From Octopus bimaculoides (lineage: Eukaryota), in contig NC_068983.1 of NCBI RefSeq assembly GCF_001194135.2, forward strand, positions 75,167,956-75,220,543: a stretch of 52,588 bases of DNA. Reading direction: 5' to 3'. Below the pieces are notes generated by a model. It saw only the letters and a list, made by a program, of their open reading frames with translations, did no database searches and was not told the DNA's origin. Position numbers and translations under genes: made by a program. Within the stretch, counting starts at the first letter, position 1. The number at the start of each line of letters is the position of its first letter. Below are positions 1 through 11,047 of this stretch, in pieces.

Positions 1-99
1 TTCTGTTCTATAACACAAAATAGATAAGTATACGAAGTTTGAAAGTCTTTCGGTACCAAAAACACTACATAAAACATAAATGAAAACTGGTGCCCCCGT

Positions 100-328
100 T
101 TTGAAATAGATCTCAACTTTCTCTCACTCTTACTTCCTGTTTCTGTTGTGCCTGTAATTCAAAGGGTCAGCCTTGTCACACTGTGTCACGCTGAATATCC
201 CCCGAGAACTACGTTAAGGGTACACATGTCTGTGGAGTGCTCAGCCACCTGCACGTTAATTTCACGAGCAGGCTGTTCCATTGATCGGATCAACTGGAAC
301 CCTCGACGTTGTAAGTGACTGAGTGCCA
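100..328 (-). mobile_element. SINE-like interspersed repeat (family D)
   Basis: GC-richer block (gtggctgagcactccacagacatgtgtacccttaacgtag on the - strand). A decayed opposite-orientation copy lies at ~18830-18925. Confidence 0.6.
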
Positions 329-979
329 AGAAAAAAAATTCAACTTAACATACAAAGTATGTAATTCACTTTTTATTTTGGTCTCCAACATACCACAAAG
401 TCAAAAGTGTTCCAGAACACTGACATGGAGTTTCTCCACATCGGTTCATATGTTTTCTTAGCTATTTAACAATGTATATCATTTATAATTTTATCCTAAG
501 GCAATTAACTAAAGAAAATCATAGTTCAGGCAGTTTCCAGGTGGAAATGGGGCGCACTGTTTTTTGGGGAAAGAGTATGGGTGCAAATGGGAGCACACTG
601 TACCAGACTAGACATTGGAGGTCTTGAAGTGAAGTGTTTAGTTCTTCCATTGAATTAGATGTTGTTGATTTTGTTATTGCTATTGTTTAGCCCTAGATTA
701 GCACTAATTACACAGACTTTATAGTCAAAGATTTGATTAAAAGAAATGCCTTTTGAAATCAAGTTAAATACCAATTAAAATCCAAGTTAAAATATTTTAT
801 AACATTTACATTATATCTGCATAGATTAAATTGTATTGAATGATCGGAAAAGACAACTTCAAAAAACTGGAGTATTTCACAACCATGTCATCAGATTTTA
901 TTACTAGTAAACACCTAACTGACTGACAATTAAAATACCAAATCAATGAGAAACTACCAAAACTACAACCAATATTTTG

Positions 980-985
980 TTTATT
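980..985 (-). promoter_or_regulatory. Candidate polyadenylation signal AATAAA
   Basis: tttatt on the + strand, 22 nt past the stop codon. The DNA is AT-rich, so this could be chance and the UTR may be longer. Confidence 0.35.
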
Positions 986-1007
986 CAAATCAACTACTGA
1001 AAACTGT

Positions 1008-1207
1008 TCAGCCCCCATCAATACTAAGTGTTTCTAAGATCTGTCTGGAGAGAATGATAGCCAGAAACAGAAAGTGAGGATGCCTGAACAGTAAATGGAG
1101 AAACCAAACTCTAAAAGGATTCCAATGACAATCGTAGCCAAAACTCAATAAAATGACAGTAAGCAAGGGTAAATAGACAAAATTTATTCGTGGCATTTGA
1201 CATTCAG
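1008..1207 (-). CDS. Probable terminal coding exon with hydrophobic anchor; (A)ECQMPRINFVYLPLLTVILLSFGYDCHWNPFRVWFLHLLFRHPHFLFLAIILSRQILETLSIDGG*
   Basis: Acceptor aatttctgcttgcag|. Phase-1 entry puts it in the same frame as track ORF 1008..1196. INFVYLPLLTVILLSFG is a ~17-aa TM-like run. TGA at 1010-1008. The coil-plus-C-terminal-TM architecture fits SLMAP or golgins; identity not verified. Confidence 0.7.
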
Positions 1208-1231
1208 CTGCAAGCAGAAATTATTATTAAC

Positions 1232-1790
1232 TAAGGCGCAGGAGTGGCTGGGTGGTAAATAGCTTGCTTACTAACCACATGGTACGGGGTTCAGTCCCAC
1301 TGCGTGACACCTTGGGCAAGTGTCTTCTACTATAGCCTCAGGCCGACCAAAGCCTTGTGAGTGGATTTGGTACACAGAAACTGAAAGAAGCCCGTCGTAT
1401 ATCATCATCATCATCATCATCATCGTTTAACGTCCGCTTTCCATGCTAGCATGGGTTGGACGATTTGACTGAGGACTGGTGAAACCGGATGGCAACACCA
1501 GGCTCCAATCTAATTTGGCAGAGTTTCTACAGCTGGATACCCTTCCTAACGCCAAAATATATATATATATATATATATATGTATGCGTGTTTGTTCCCCC
1601 ACCATCGCTTGACAACCGATGCTGGTGTGTTTACATCCCTGTAACTTAGCGGTTTGGCAAAAAGAGACCGATAGAATAAGTACTAGGCTTACAAAGAATA
1701 AGTCCTGGGGTCGATTTTCTCGACTAAAGGCAGTGCTCCAGCATGGCCGCAGTCAAATGACTGAAACAAGTAAAAGAGTAAAAGAGTAAT
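1232..1790 (+). mobile_element. Composite tRNA-derived SINE (head A + internal microsatellite + part G) with a nested RTE-type 3' stub
   Basis: A-box-like tggctgggtggt and B-box-like ggttcagtccc. The same A+G layout occurs at 7070-7450 (-) and 44785-46180 (-). Confidence 0.8.
1401..1554 (-). mobile_element. Young RTE-type LINE 3' stub (family B) with (ATG)n tail
   Basis: (cat)n-cgtttaacgtccgctttccatgctagcatgggttggacg..., nearly identical to 44996-45168. Confidence 0.85.
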
Positions 1791-2113
1791 ATGGTTAAAG
1801 ACATTCATGACTATCCCGTGTTTTTTACCTACCAACACAGGGCATGCAGGACCACATTATTCAATGTTCTCAGTTATTTCAGAAAGACTAGTACATGATA
1901 TATGGAGATATAGGTTCCTTTGTTAGCATAACATTCAACTGGTTAAATTACTATCTTTTACTTGCTTCAGTCATTAGACTGCGACCATGCTGGGGCACCC
2001 AATGCTTATTTTTTCAAACTTGATACTTATTCTATCGGTGGTTTATAAAACTTTGACAATAAATAGACATTAGTATTATACCTTACTTTTGGGACTAGTT
2101 TAATAACATTTAA

Positions 2114-2144
<31 letters not shown>

Positions 2145-2530
2145 TGTGTGTGTGAGTATGTTTCTGTGTTCTGTAGTATCTGTGTACATAAATGTATGTG
2201 CGAATGTGCTTGTTTGTCTCTGGGTTTGTACTCTGTGTGTATTAGCTGAGATGACTGGCATACCAGAACCCTAGTTCAGCAGTCAACAGTCGCCTTATGT
2301 AACAAGCCTTCTATAAATAACATCAATGAACAAGACAATTCTACTTGCTAGGGGAATGACAAATTGATATCATATATACCAGTAACACTTTCCTTTGGAT
2401 CACAACAGATGACACGGAATATTCTGGAAACTAAATCTCAATATTTAATCAGCCACACAATTTATGAGACGCTACAGATACATGCAGTGGTCTAACTAAA
2501 CAAAAGGAAAGTAACACTTATTTCTAGAGA

Positions 2531-3165
2531 TACATCATCATTTAACGTCTGTTTCCAATGCTAGCATGAGTTGGACAGTTTGACTGGGGACTGGCAAGCC
2601 AGGAGGTAGCACCAAGCTCCAATCTAATCTGGCGATGTTTCTACAGCTTGATGCCCTTCCTAACGTCAACCACTCCGAGAGTGTAGTGGGTGCTTTTTAC
2701 GTGCCACTGGCATGGAAGCCAGTCAGGCAGCACTGGCATCAGCCACGTTTGGATGGTGCTTTTTACATGCTACTGGCACAGGAGTCAGTCGGGGAGAGGG
2801 AGCTGGCATCAACCACGCTCAGATGGTGCTTTTTACATGCCACCAGCACACGGAGCCAGTCAGGCAGCACTGGCAATGACCCACACATGAATGGTGCTAA
2901 TTGCATGCCACCAGCACAAGAGTGAGTCAGGCAGCACTGGCAACGGCCACAACTACATTTTCGATTTTTGATTGTGATTTGATTTTTGATTTTACTTGAC
3001 TCAATAAATCTCCTCAAGCGCAGCGTGTCGCCCGACAATTCAAAAGTACTTTTAAATGGACCAGTTATGTGACACTGGTATAGGTTACAGCTGTGATCTC
3101 ACTTTACTTTCCAGATCTTCTCAATTACACCATATCTCCAGAGGTCTTGGTCTCTTGTCATCGCA
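2531..3165 (-). mobile_element. Family B LINE 3' fragment: ORF2 C-terminus remnant plus 3' UTR with ~60-bp tandem units
   Basis: The - strand near 3165-3100 translates AMTRDQDLWRYGVIEK, an RTE-type 'DR..WR..V' C-terminal motif. About four tandem units at 2690-2950. Confidence 0.75.
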
Positions 3166-3365
3166 GTAAAAAAATAAATTTAGATTGTTGGTGTTAATGA
3201 CTTGTAGGCACACCGTATTTCATTATGCAACCATAATATACCACAAAGTATATTAAACAGAGAAATTCAAAACAAATAAAGCTATAAATAGTAACATGTA
3301 AATACTGGGTTAAAAACCCTTTGGACAGAAAAAGTCAAAGATTGTCCAATACTAGAATGCTTGTC

Positions 3366-3715
3366 ATGTGAAGGCATATGGCTCATAAGTTAGAGCATTG
3401 GACTCACAATCATGAGGTAGTGAGTTTGATTCTTGGACTGGGCTGTTTGTTTTTGAGCAAGACACTTCATTTCATGTTGCTCCAGTTCACTCAGCTGTAG
3501 AAATGAGTTGCAACATCACTAGTGCCAAGTTGTATCTGCTTTTGCCTTTCCCATGGATAACATCAGTGGCATGGAGAGGGGATGCTAGTATACACAGGCA
3601 ATTGCTGGTCTTCCATAAACAACCTTACCAAGACTTGTGCCTCTGAGGGTAACTTTCTAGGTGCAATCCCATGGTCAATTATGACCAAAGGGGATCTCTA
3701 CCCTTTACCCTGTTA
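3366..3715 (+). mobile_element. tRNA-derived SINE (family E)
   Basis: Head tggctcataagttagagcattggactcacaatcatgaggtagtgagtttgattc, followed by tgagcaagacacttcatttcatgttgctccagttcactcagctg. An inverted partial copy lies at ~10320-10562. Confidence 0.7.
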
Positions 3716-3862
3716 TGTTTACAAAAGATGTGGGATTTGTCCCATGGGCAGCCATTGCCCTTTTCTATACAAAGGATTTTTAACCCAAAATTTTACATAC
3801 TATTATTTATATCTTAACTTGATTTGAGAGTTACTGTTCCTAAAAAACATTAGATGTCTTAC

Positions 3863-3912
3863 CTTTGGAGGAGGTTGTTTTATCAGTGTTAATTGTTAGT
3901 GGAGCCATTGTA
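3863..3912 (-). CDS. Ser/Thr-rich linker exon; TMAPLTINTDKTTSSK
   Basis: Strong acceptor ttctcttctcttcccag| and donor aag|gtaaga. 50 nt, phase 2 in and phase 1 out. Confidence 0.85.
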
Positions 3913-4152
3913 CTGGGAAGAGAAGAGAACAAGTAATTAGCAAAAACATCAAAAGCACTCTCCCTATCTCTCTGTAAACACACATACACACACACTCAAA
4001 AAAACAAGGGACTTTATTGATTAATTCAAGTGGAAATAATGGCACGGTTTCTTTGCTAGAAAATGATCGCCAGTTGAATCACATTGACTTATATGCAAAA
4101 TAAGACTGAATAAGTAAGCTTACCAGTAAAAATGCTTAAAAGCCCTGTAACC

Positions 4153-4188
<36 letters not shown>

Positions 4189-4202
4189 ATATATATGTGT
4201 GT

Positions 4203-4425
4203 NNNNNNNNNNNNNNNNNNNNNNNNNNNNNNNNNNNNNNNNNNNNNNNNNNNNNNNNNNNNNNNNNNNNNNNNNNNNNNNNNNNNNNNNNNNNNNNNNN
4301 NNNNNNNNNNNNNNNNNNNNNNNNNNNNNNNNNNNNNNNNNNNNNNNNNNNNNNNNNNNNNNNNNNNNNNNNNNNNNNNNNNNNNNNNNNNNNNNNNNNN
4401 NNNNNNNNNNNNNNNNNNNNNNNNN
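4203..4425. other. Assembly gap (others: 13800-14674, 27786-28762, 41461-42093, 45169-45981, 48175-48350)
   Basis: N runs, mostly bordered by microsatellites or young family B copies. Confidence 1.
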
Positions 4426-4459
<34 letters not shown>

Positions 4460-4712
4460 ATGTGCACATATAGACATACAGATAAAAAAAAACACAAAAT
4501 CGAAATGTGTGATATTATGAGGCAGAAGGCAAAAAAAGCAAAAAGCATAGAAATATGAAATGAAACAACAAAATTCTCATCTCCAACTTAGCTGTGCATA
4601 GAGTCAGGAGTCATGTGCTGTTGTCATATATAGCAAATTCTCATTTTAATTCAATGTTATTAACACAAGACATACACCAAATAGGAATAAATGACAAATT
4701 GACAATCAATCT

Positions 4713-4946
4713 TTAACCCTTTGGAGATGGAACCTCGCATAGAGTTTCAGTGCCAAGAAGACAGAGCCCTTTTTACAAGCCCTACACAGGGCGTGCACTT
4801 ATTTTTCAAAAAAAAATTATAAAAATTGAAGTAATTACTTTACATATATAAAACTACATACATTCTTGTTGGAAATTGAATGAACTAGTACAATCATTTG
4901 ATTTTTTTTAGCCAATAAATCAGCCCTGTTGTCTTCTAAGGGCTAA
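4713..4946. mobile_element. Possible TTAA-type MITE
   Basis: Imperfect ends ttaaccctttggagat / gtcttctaagggctaa. Confidence 0.35.
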
Positions 4947-5032
4947 AACAATTAATTTTATAACAAAATCATTGTAATTAGTCAATAACAATTTCTGATT
5001 AAAAAATAACAATTAACCTCCTTGATGGTAAT

Positions 5033-5710
5033 TAATCCTTTAGCATTCAGATTTCTCTCTCAAATGTAATGCGTATTAATTCATATTGATATGAATTCAT
5101 CATCATCATCATCATCATCATCATCGTTTAATGTCCGCTTTCCATGCTAGCATGGGTTGGACGATTTGACTGAGGACTGGTGAAACCGGATGGCAACACC
5201 AGGCTCCAGTCTGATTCGGCAGAGTTTCTACAGCTGGATGCCCTTCCTAACGCCAACCACTCAGAGAGTGTAGTGGATGCTTTTACGTGTCACCCGCACG
5301 AAAACGGCCACGCTCGAAATGGTGTCTTTTATGTGCCACCCGCACAAGCCAGTCCAGGGGCACTGGCAACGATCTCGCTCGAAAATCCTACGGGAGCCAG
5401 TCAGGCGGTACTGGCAACGGCCACGCTCAAAATGATGCATCTCATGTGCCACCCACACAAGAACCAGTCCAGGGGCACTGGCAACGATCTTACTTGGCTT
5501 GCCGGGTCTTCTCACGCACAGCACATTTCCAAAGGTCTCGGTCAGTAGTCAATTAATCGTATTATCTCATACCTTCGAAATTTCAATGATGTGACTGTTT
5601 ATTTTTAGAATAATATTGTAGGGTAAGTGTGAGAGGCTAGATCTGGCCAGTTTGAAGATAAAACAGATAGATTATTTTGGCTGAATATGGCTGGTTTAAA
5701 CATAAGAAGC
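5033..5710. mobile_element. piggyBac-type MITE (family H) split by a family B insertion
   Basis: The 5' part (ttaatcctttagcattcag...tgaatt) and 3' part (aattaatcgtattatc...tggctggtttaaac) match intact H copies. Confidence 0.75.
5098..5550 (-). mobile_element. Young family B LINE 3' fragment
   Basis: The - strand 5' end translates TTDRDLWKCAVREKTRQAK*, then tandem UTR units and an (ATG)n tail. aatt flanks both sides. Confidence 0.85.
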
Positions 5711-5765
5711 TACTAAGAAATTTAGAGAATATGAAACCTTAGAATTTATTCTAGAAGCACCTCAC

Positions 5766-5858
5766 CTGCTATTTGTTGTGGCAGTCACAGGGGCATCCAC
5801 TGGCACTTTGCTCTTTAAGTCTTTTAGTGAGGTTTTCAGCTGCTGTATGGTTTCTTCA
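5766..5858 (-). CDS. End of coiled coil and start of linker; EETIQQLKTSLKDLKSKVPVDAPVTATTNS(S)
   Basis: Acceptor gtcttctcttttctag| and donor ag|gtgagg. 93 nt, phase 2-2. Confidence 0.9.
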
Positions 5859-6113
5859 CTAGAAAAGAGAAGACACAGTTTAGATGGATAAAAGAAGATG
5901 ACCCCCAAGACGTATACACATATGAAATCTCAAAAAAGAGTTTTAATTAATATATGGAGAAACCTGTGAAGGAGGAAGGCAGTGTTTTGGTTGGCCCCTT
6001 AATCCTTAAGATAAATAAGCTTTTGTATGTGAACAAACATTTTAGATTTTACAAACCTTAAGAATTACATTTTATAAAAGTAGAAAATTTAAAGAATAAT
6101 AATTAAGAAAATT

Positions 6114-6400
6114 GTTGCCAGTACCCACCTGACTGGCCTTCGTGCTGGTGGCACATAAAAGCACCCACTACACTCTCGGAGTGGTTGGTGTTAGGAAGGG
6201 CATCCAGCTGTAGAAACTGTGCCTATCAGATTGGAGCCTGGTGTAGCCATCTGGTTTCACCAGTCCTTAGTCAAATCGTCCAACCCATGCTAGCATGGAA
6301 AGCGGACATTAAACGATGATGATGATGATGCTGATGCTGATGATGATGATGATGATGATGATGATGCTAATGCTGCTACTGATGAAGATGATGATTACAT
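6114..6400 (+). mobile_element. Family B 3' fragment with long (GAT/GCT)n tail
   Basis: Reverse complement of the 5098 copy over ~175 bp, roughly 90% identical by eye. Confidence 0.85.
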
Positions 6401-6669
6401 AAAATAACACCAGCAAAAGCAGTAGTAGAGATAGTAATGACAGTGAAGGAGATGAGAGATGATGTTAATGGTCATGATGATGATGATCATCATTGTTTTA
6501 ATGTCCACTTTTCTATGATTGCATGGGTCAGATGGAGTTTATCAAGCAGATTTACTATGGCTGGACGCCCTTTCTGGTCAGTAGGGTTCGAACTTTGACC
6601 ATGATAGTAGGAAACTGAAGAAATAAAGTAATTGCAATTTGAGGTGTCACAATATTTTGCACTTTCTAA

Positions 6670-7047
6670 GGCAGCAAGCTGGCAGAAACGTTAGCATACC
6701 TTTCATCGACTTTGCCTTTCATCCTTTCGGGGTCGATAAATTAAGTACCAGTTATGCACTGGGGTCGATGTAATCGACTTAATCCCTTTGTCTGTCCTTG
6801 TTTGTCCCCTCTATGTTTAGCCCCTCTATGTTTAGAAATAAGAAACGTTAGCATGCTGGGCAAAATGCTTAGCAGTATTTTGTCTGTCTTTACATTCTGA
6901 GTTCAAATTCTGCCGAGGTCGACTTTGCCTTTCATCCTCTCCGGGGTCGATAAATTAAGTACCAGTTGCATACTGGAGGGGGTCGATCTAATCAACTGCC
7001 CCACTCCCCAAAAATGTCAGGCCTTGTGCCTAGAGTAGAAAAGAATA
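6670..7047 (+). mobile_element. Two head-to-tail copies of tRNA-derived SINE family C
   Basis: ggcaagctggcagaaacgttagc...gagttcaaattc...gactttgcctttcatcctttcggggtcgataaattaagtaccag. The first copy is internally deleted. Further copies lie near 8350-8550, 12290-12480, 14683-14890, 19065-19250, 19905-20100, 34330-34540, 40410-40590 (-), 49705-49870 and 52040-52140 (-). Confidence 0.8.
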
Positions 7048-7069
7048 TTTGGCACTTTCATTGATTATC

Positions 7070-7450
7070 TTTTAGTTGTTTCAGTCATGAGACTGTGGCT
7101 GTGCTGGAGCACCACCTTGAAGGATTTTAGTCAAACATATCAACCCCAGGATTTTGTTTTTAAGCCTAGTACTTATTTCATTGGTATCTTTTGCCAAACC
7201 ACTAAGTTACAGGGATGTAAACACACCAACACTGGTTGTCAAGCAATGGTGAGGGACAAACACAAGACACAAATACAAACGCACGACAGTCTTCTTTCAG
7301 TTTCCATCTACCAAATTTGCTCACAAGGCTTTGGCTAGCCCAAGGCCGGCCCAACGCTATATTAGAAGACATTTGCCCAAGGCACTACGCAGTGGGACTG
7401 AACCCAGAACCATGTGATTGGGAAGCAAACTTCTTATCATACAGCCACAG
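7070..7450 (-). mobile_element. Composite SINE A+G, uninterrupted
   Basis: Reverse complement of the two parts at 1232-1400 and 1580-1790, joined by a short degenerate microsatellite. A-only copies lie near 10845-11000, 11390-11490, 15410-15545, 43318-43460 and 51380-51525. G-only copies lie near 35690-35900 and 50300-50520. Confidence 0.8.
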
Positions 7451-7909
7451 AACAGTGACTGCAAGTTTAGCATCCTTTAGAATCAGGTGTTCATGTAACT
7501 GATAGTAATTTACTGACCCATATTCTGTGTTCACCTTCTGATAGCAACCTATATGAGACTACAATTGGTTCTAAAATACTCAACTGTCCATTCTAAAGAG
7601 CTAGGAATTAACCTAATTCTATGTAAGACCCTTTTGTTATGTTTCACATATAATAACAATTCATTAATTTACAAAATATTTTTTAATTCTTAATCATTTT
7701 CAAAATTAACTAAAAGATAACAACAAAGCATAATAGACGAACTTAAGGTATTTGACTACTGACTAGAAGATCAATTTACACCAGCCACAGAGGTGCCTTG
7801 TTGAAAAAGAAACATAATTCTCCTTGCTTCAGTTTATTTGAACTAAACAAAAAGCAGGCTCCAGTCATACCTGAGTGTACTACAACATGCTCGCCTTTTC
7901 TGAGAAATG

Positions 7910-7967
<58 letters not shown>

Positions 7968-9630
7968 TTGCATATAAATAATTTGCAGGCTGAACAAAAA
8001 CAGGGTCATCTGTGTCTTCACAGTTGAATAGTTAATATTGGGAACAGAGAACTGTAAAAGCAAGTAAACCAGTCAGCTAAAAAAAGGAATTTTTCAAAAG
8101 GGATGTAAACTAGTAAACAACAAAAATGTTGAAAAGTACAATAAACACCCTGGGCCTGTTCTGGTGCATTGTGTTACTGACATTCCAAACTGATATAGAA
8201 AAAAGTATGTACTAAGCTTAGAAAATACTACTTTACTAACTGTTGCTGTCATCACAAAAGTTCAAATATAGTCTCTGTTCGGTCGTTGTTGCTGTTTAAC
8301 TTAAGGTCAGCTCTGAACAAACAGATTTATTATCAAAGATACATACAATGGTGAGCTGGCAGAATCATTAGCACGCCAGGCAAAATGCTTAGCAGCATTT
8401 CATCTCATCTTTTGATTTCAAATTCCTTCGCGATTGATTTTTCCCTTCATCTTTTCAGGGTCGATGAAATAAGTACCAGTTAAGCACTGGGTTCAGTATA
8501 ATTGACTTATACTCCTCCCAACTTGCTGGCCTTGTGCCAAAATTTGAAACCATTATCAAAGGTACATGATCACCAAACTTATCGTTCTTTACATGAGGTC
8601 TCTACACCAGGAATGGATATCTTCTATGAGAAGTGGGCTGGATGAGACATGACTCATGACTCAGGAAGGCCACATTGCTCAAAAAATTCAAGAGAAGTGT
8701 TTTAATTAGATGAGCCACTCAGAAAGTCCCATGGACTACAGTCTGCCCATGACATGTCTACACTGACAAAAGTCTTCTTTATTTAAAACGGTAGGGGTAC
8801 AATGTGAGAGAGATTTAGCTGCTATTTCTTGCAAGTTGGGCGAACACATAAATTTGCTCATTAGCACATGGGGCTCCTTCATTAGCGCTATAGCCTCCAC
8901 CCTTGAAAGTTGGAGATACTAACTTCACTACAAAACTGTATCTGAAAGAGTATCCAGGTCAACAATTTCCATGTTCCTATTCATGTAGATGAGGCAAGTG
9001 AGGGATCTTTTATGTGGTAACTCAACCTGTTAGACATAGCAGCTAAATATACTCGTCTTGAAAGAGCTAGGCCCACTAGATAAAATTAGTGCTTGAAAAA
9101 ATGATTGGCTTGTCATGGATGGATAGTCTTAAGTCACAGCTTTGCTAAAAAAACAATAACAATATCAACAAATGTGAAAATTTCTACAGAGATGTTCAAA
9201 TTGCAGGAAATAGCAGCCAAATCAATCACAAATCACACACTACTGTTTTGGAAAAGGCAGGACACATTGGATAATGTAGTCCTAGATATATTAAAGACAG
9301 GATGGCCACAAGTGGAATGCTGTGACCTTCCTATCATGAAAGTGTGTAGCAATAAATGTTTAAAACCAAAGCCTTCATTTGGAACACATTCAACAAACAG
9401 AAAACAGCTGTTGCATTAATGACAATGGTGGTGGTGGTGGTGGTGGTTGAGTTAATGATGGGTATGCTAATAATATATGTCCTTTAGCTAGAATTAACCC
9501 ATTTACATTTAATACGGTGACAGAACATACACAAACATTAAAGGTTATGAGTTCACCCATAGTCCAAAGATGTTTCGCATATATTAAGAAATATTACAAA
9601 TGTATAGCAGCAAACATGAGAACAATGGAG

Positions 9631-9667
<37 letters not shown>

Positions 9668-10029
9668 GAGAACAACAGCACAGAAATACATTTATACACA
9701 ATAGAGACACACACACACCCGCACAGAATTTTGAAAGAGAAAATGTGTTAATAATTCTTAAGCAAAAACAACAAATTTTAAGAGAGAGAAAAATGAAATC
9801 TTTTTTGTTAGCAAGTTAGCATGTGTGCATCTCTCATTTATGAATGCTATTGGTAACATATAATCCAGTACAATGTGTTATGTGGTCGGTTCGCCAGCAA
9901 CTAATCTGACATCTCCACTGTGCTAGGTTAGTGAAAAGGGATACTAGGAGTACAATGGAACAAAAAACAGGACATTTCAAAAGGACAATTGAACCCTCAT
10001 ATACCTTTTTTAAGAAGAGTGTATTTCTG

Positions 10030-10199
10030 GAACGTAAAAGCACTCATTACACTCTTGGAGTGGTTGGCATTAGGAAGAGCAGCCAGCTGTAGAAACCATG
10101 CCAAATCAGACTGGAGTCTAGTGCAGCCCTCAGCTTACCAGCCCTGGTCAAATTGTCCAACCCATGTTCAAATATTGCAGCATGGACAACAGATGTTAA

Positions 10200-10253
<54 letters not shown>

Positions 10254-10262
10254 TTGATGATA
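10030..10262 (+). mobile_element. Older family B 3' fragment with (GAT)n tail
   Basis: gtggttggcattaggaagagcagccagctgtagaaac...gatgttaaa(tga)n. Confidence 0.75.
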
Positions 10263-11009
10263 AAGCTATAAATATTGATGGATTCTCCCATTGAATACAA
10301 TGTATGAGTGTTCAGCTTCAGCCAAACGAGCTGCACAAATGATTTGTTTATAGAAATTAAATGTATGTGCCACACATTAGCTCACTCTCTCCATCAAATT
10401 GACATTGCCTGAAATGGTGCACAGTGTACCATGCATTAGGTGTTGAAGTGATTACAAAGCAACATGAGATGAAGTGTTTCGCACAAGAACACAAAGCACC
10501 ACTTGGTCTAGGAATTGAAACCATAATCTCACGATCATGAGTGCAACACCCTAACCACTAGGGTGTAAATAATTGTTTAAAAGATTGAGAAATACGATGG
10601 ATTGCTTTGGTCTAATGGTAGAAAGCCTGTCATGTTTAAAGATGTGGGCTTGTGTTCCAGTCAGCCATTTTGTATCAAAAAGGTCTTTTAATCCAATATT
10701 TAAACACTATTATTTCTAATTTTATCTGCTTTGGGATACATCATTCAAAAATATATTTTAAAAAATTAAAAAATAAAAAAGAGAAAGAATTATTTCACAT
10801 TCTCAAGTTTTAATAATGCAACAACAACACACACTCACACAAAACAGGTTTCTTTCAGTTTTTGCCTACCAAATCGACTTGCAAGGCCTTGGACAGCCCA
10901 AGGTTATAGTAGAAGACACTTGCCCAAAATGCTGTGAAGTGGGACTGAACCCAATATGATATGGTTGGGAAACAAGCTTCTTAACCACACAGCCACACAT
11001 CTGTGTGTA

Positions 11010-11047
<38 letters not shown>

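Noticed and set aside
1232-1310. tRNA-like A/B boxes (also in SINE C and E heads)
   Set aside because: No complete cloverleaf; they continue into SINE bodies present in many copies.
2690-5490. CRISPR-like look of the palindromic ~60-bp units
   Set aside because: Eukaryotic context, degenerate tandem units without unique spacers, located in a LINE 3' UTR, and no cas genes.
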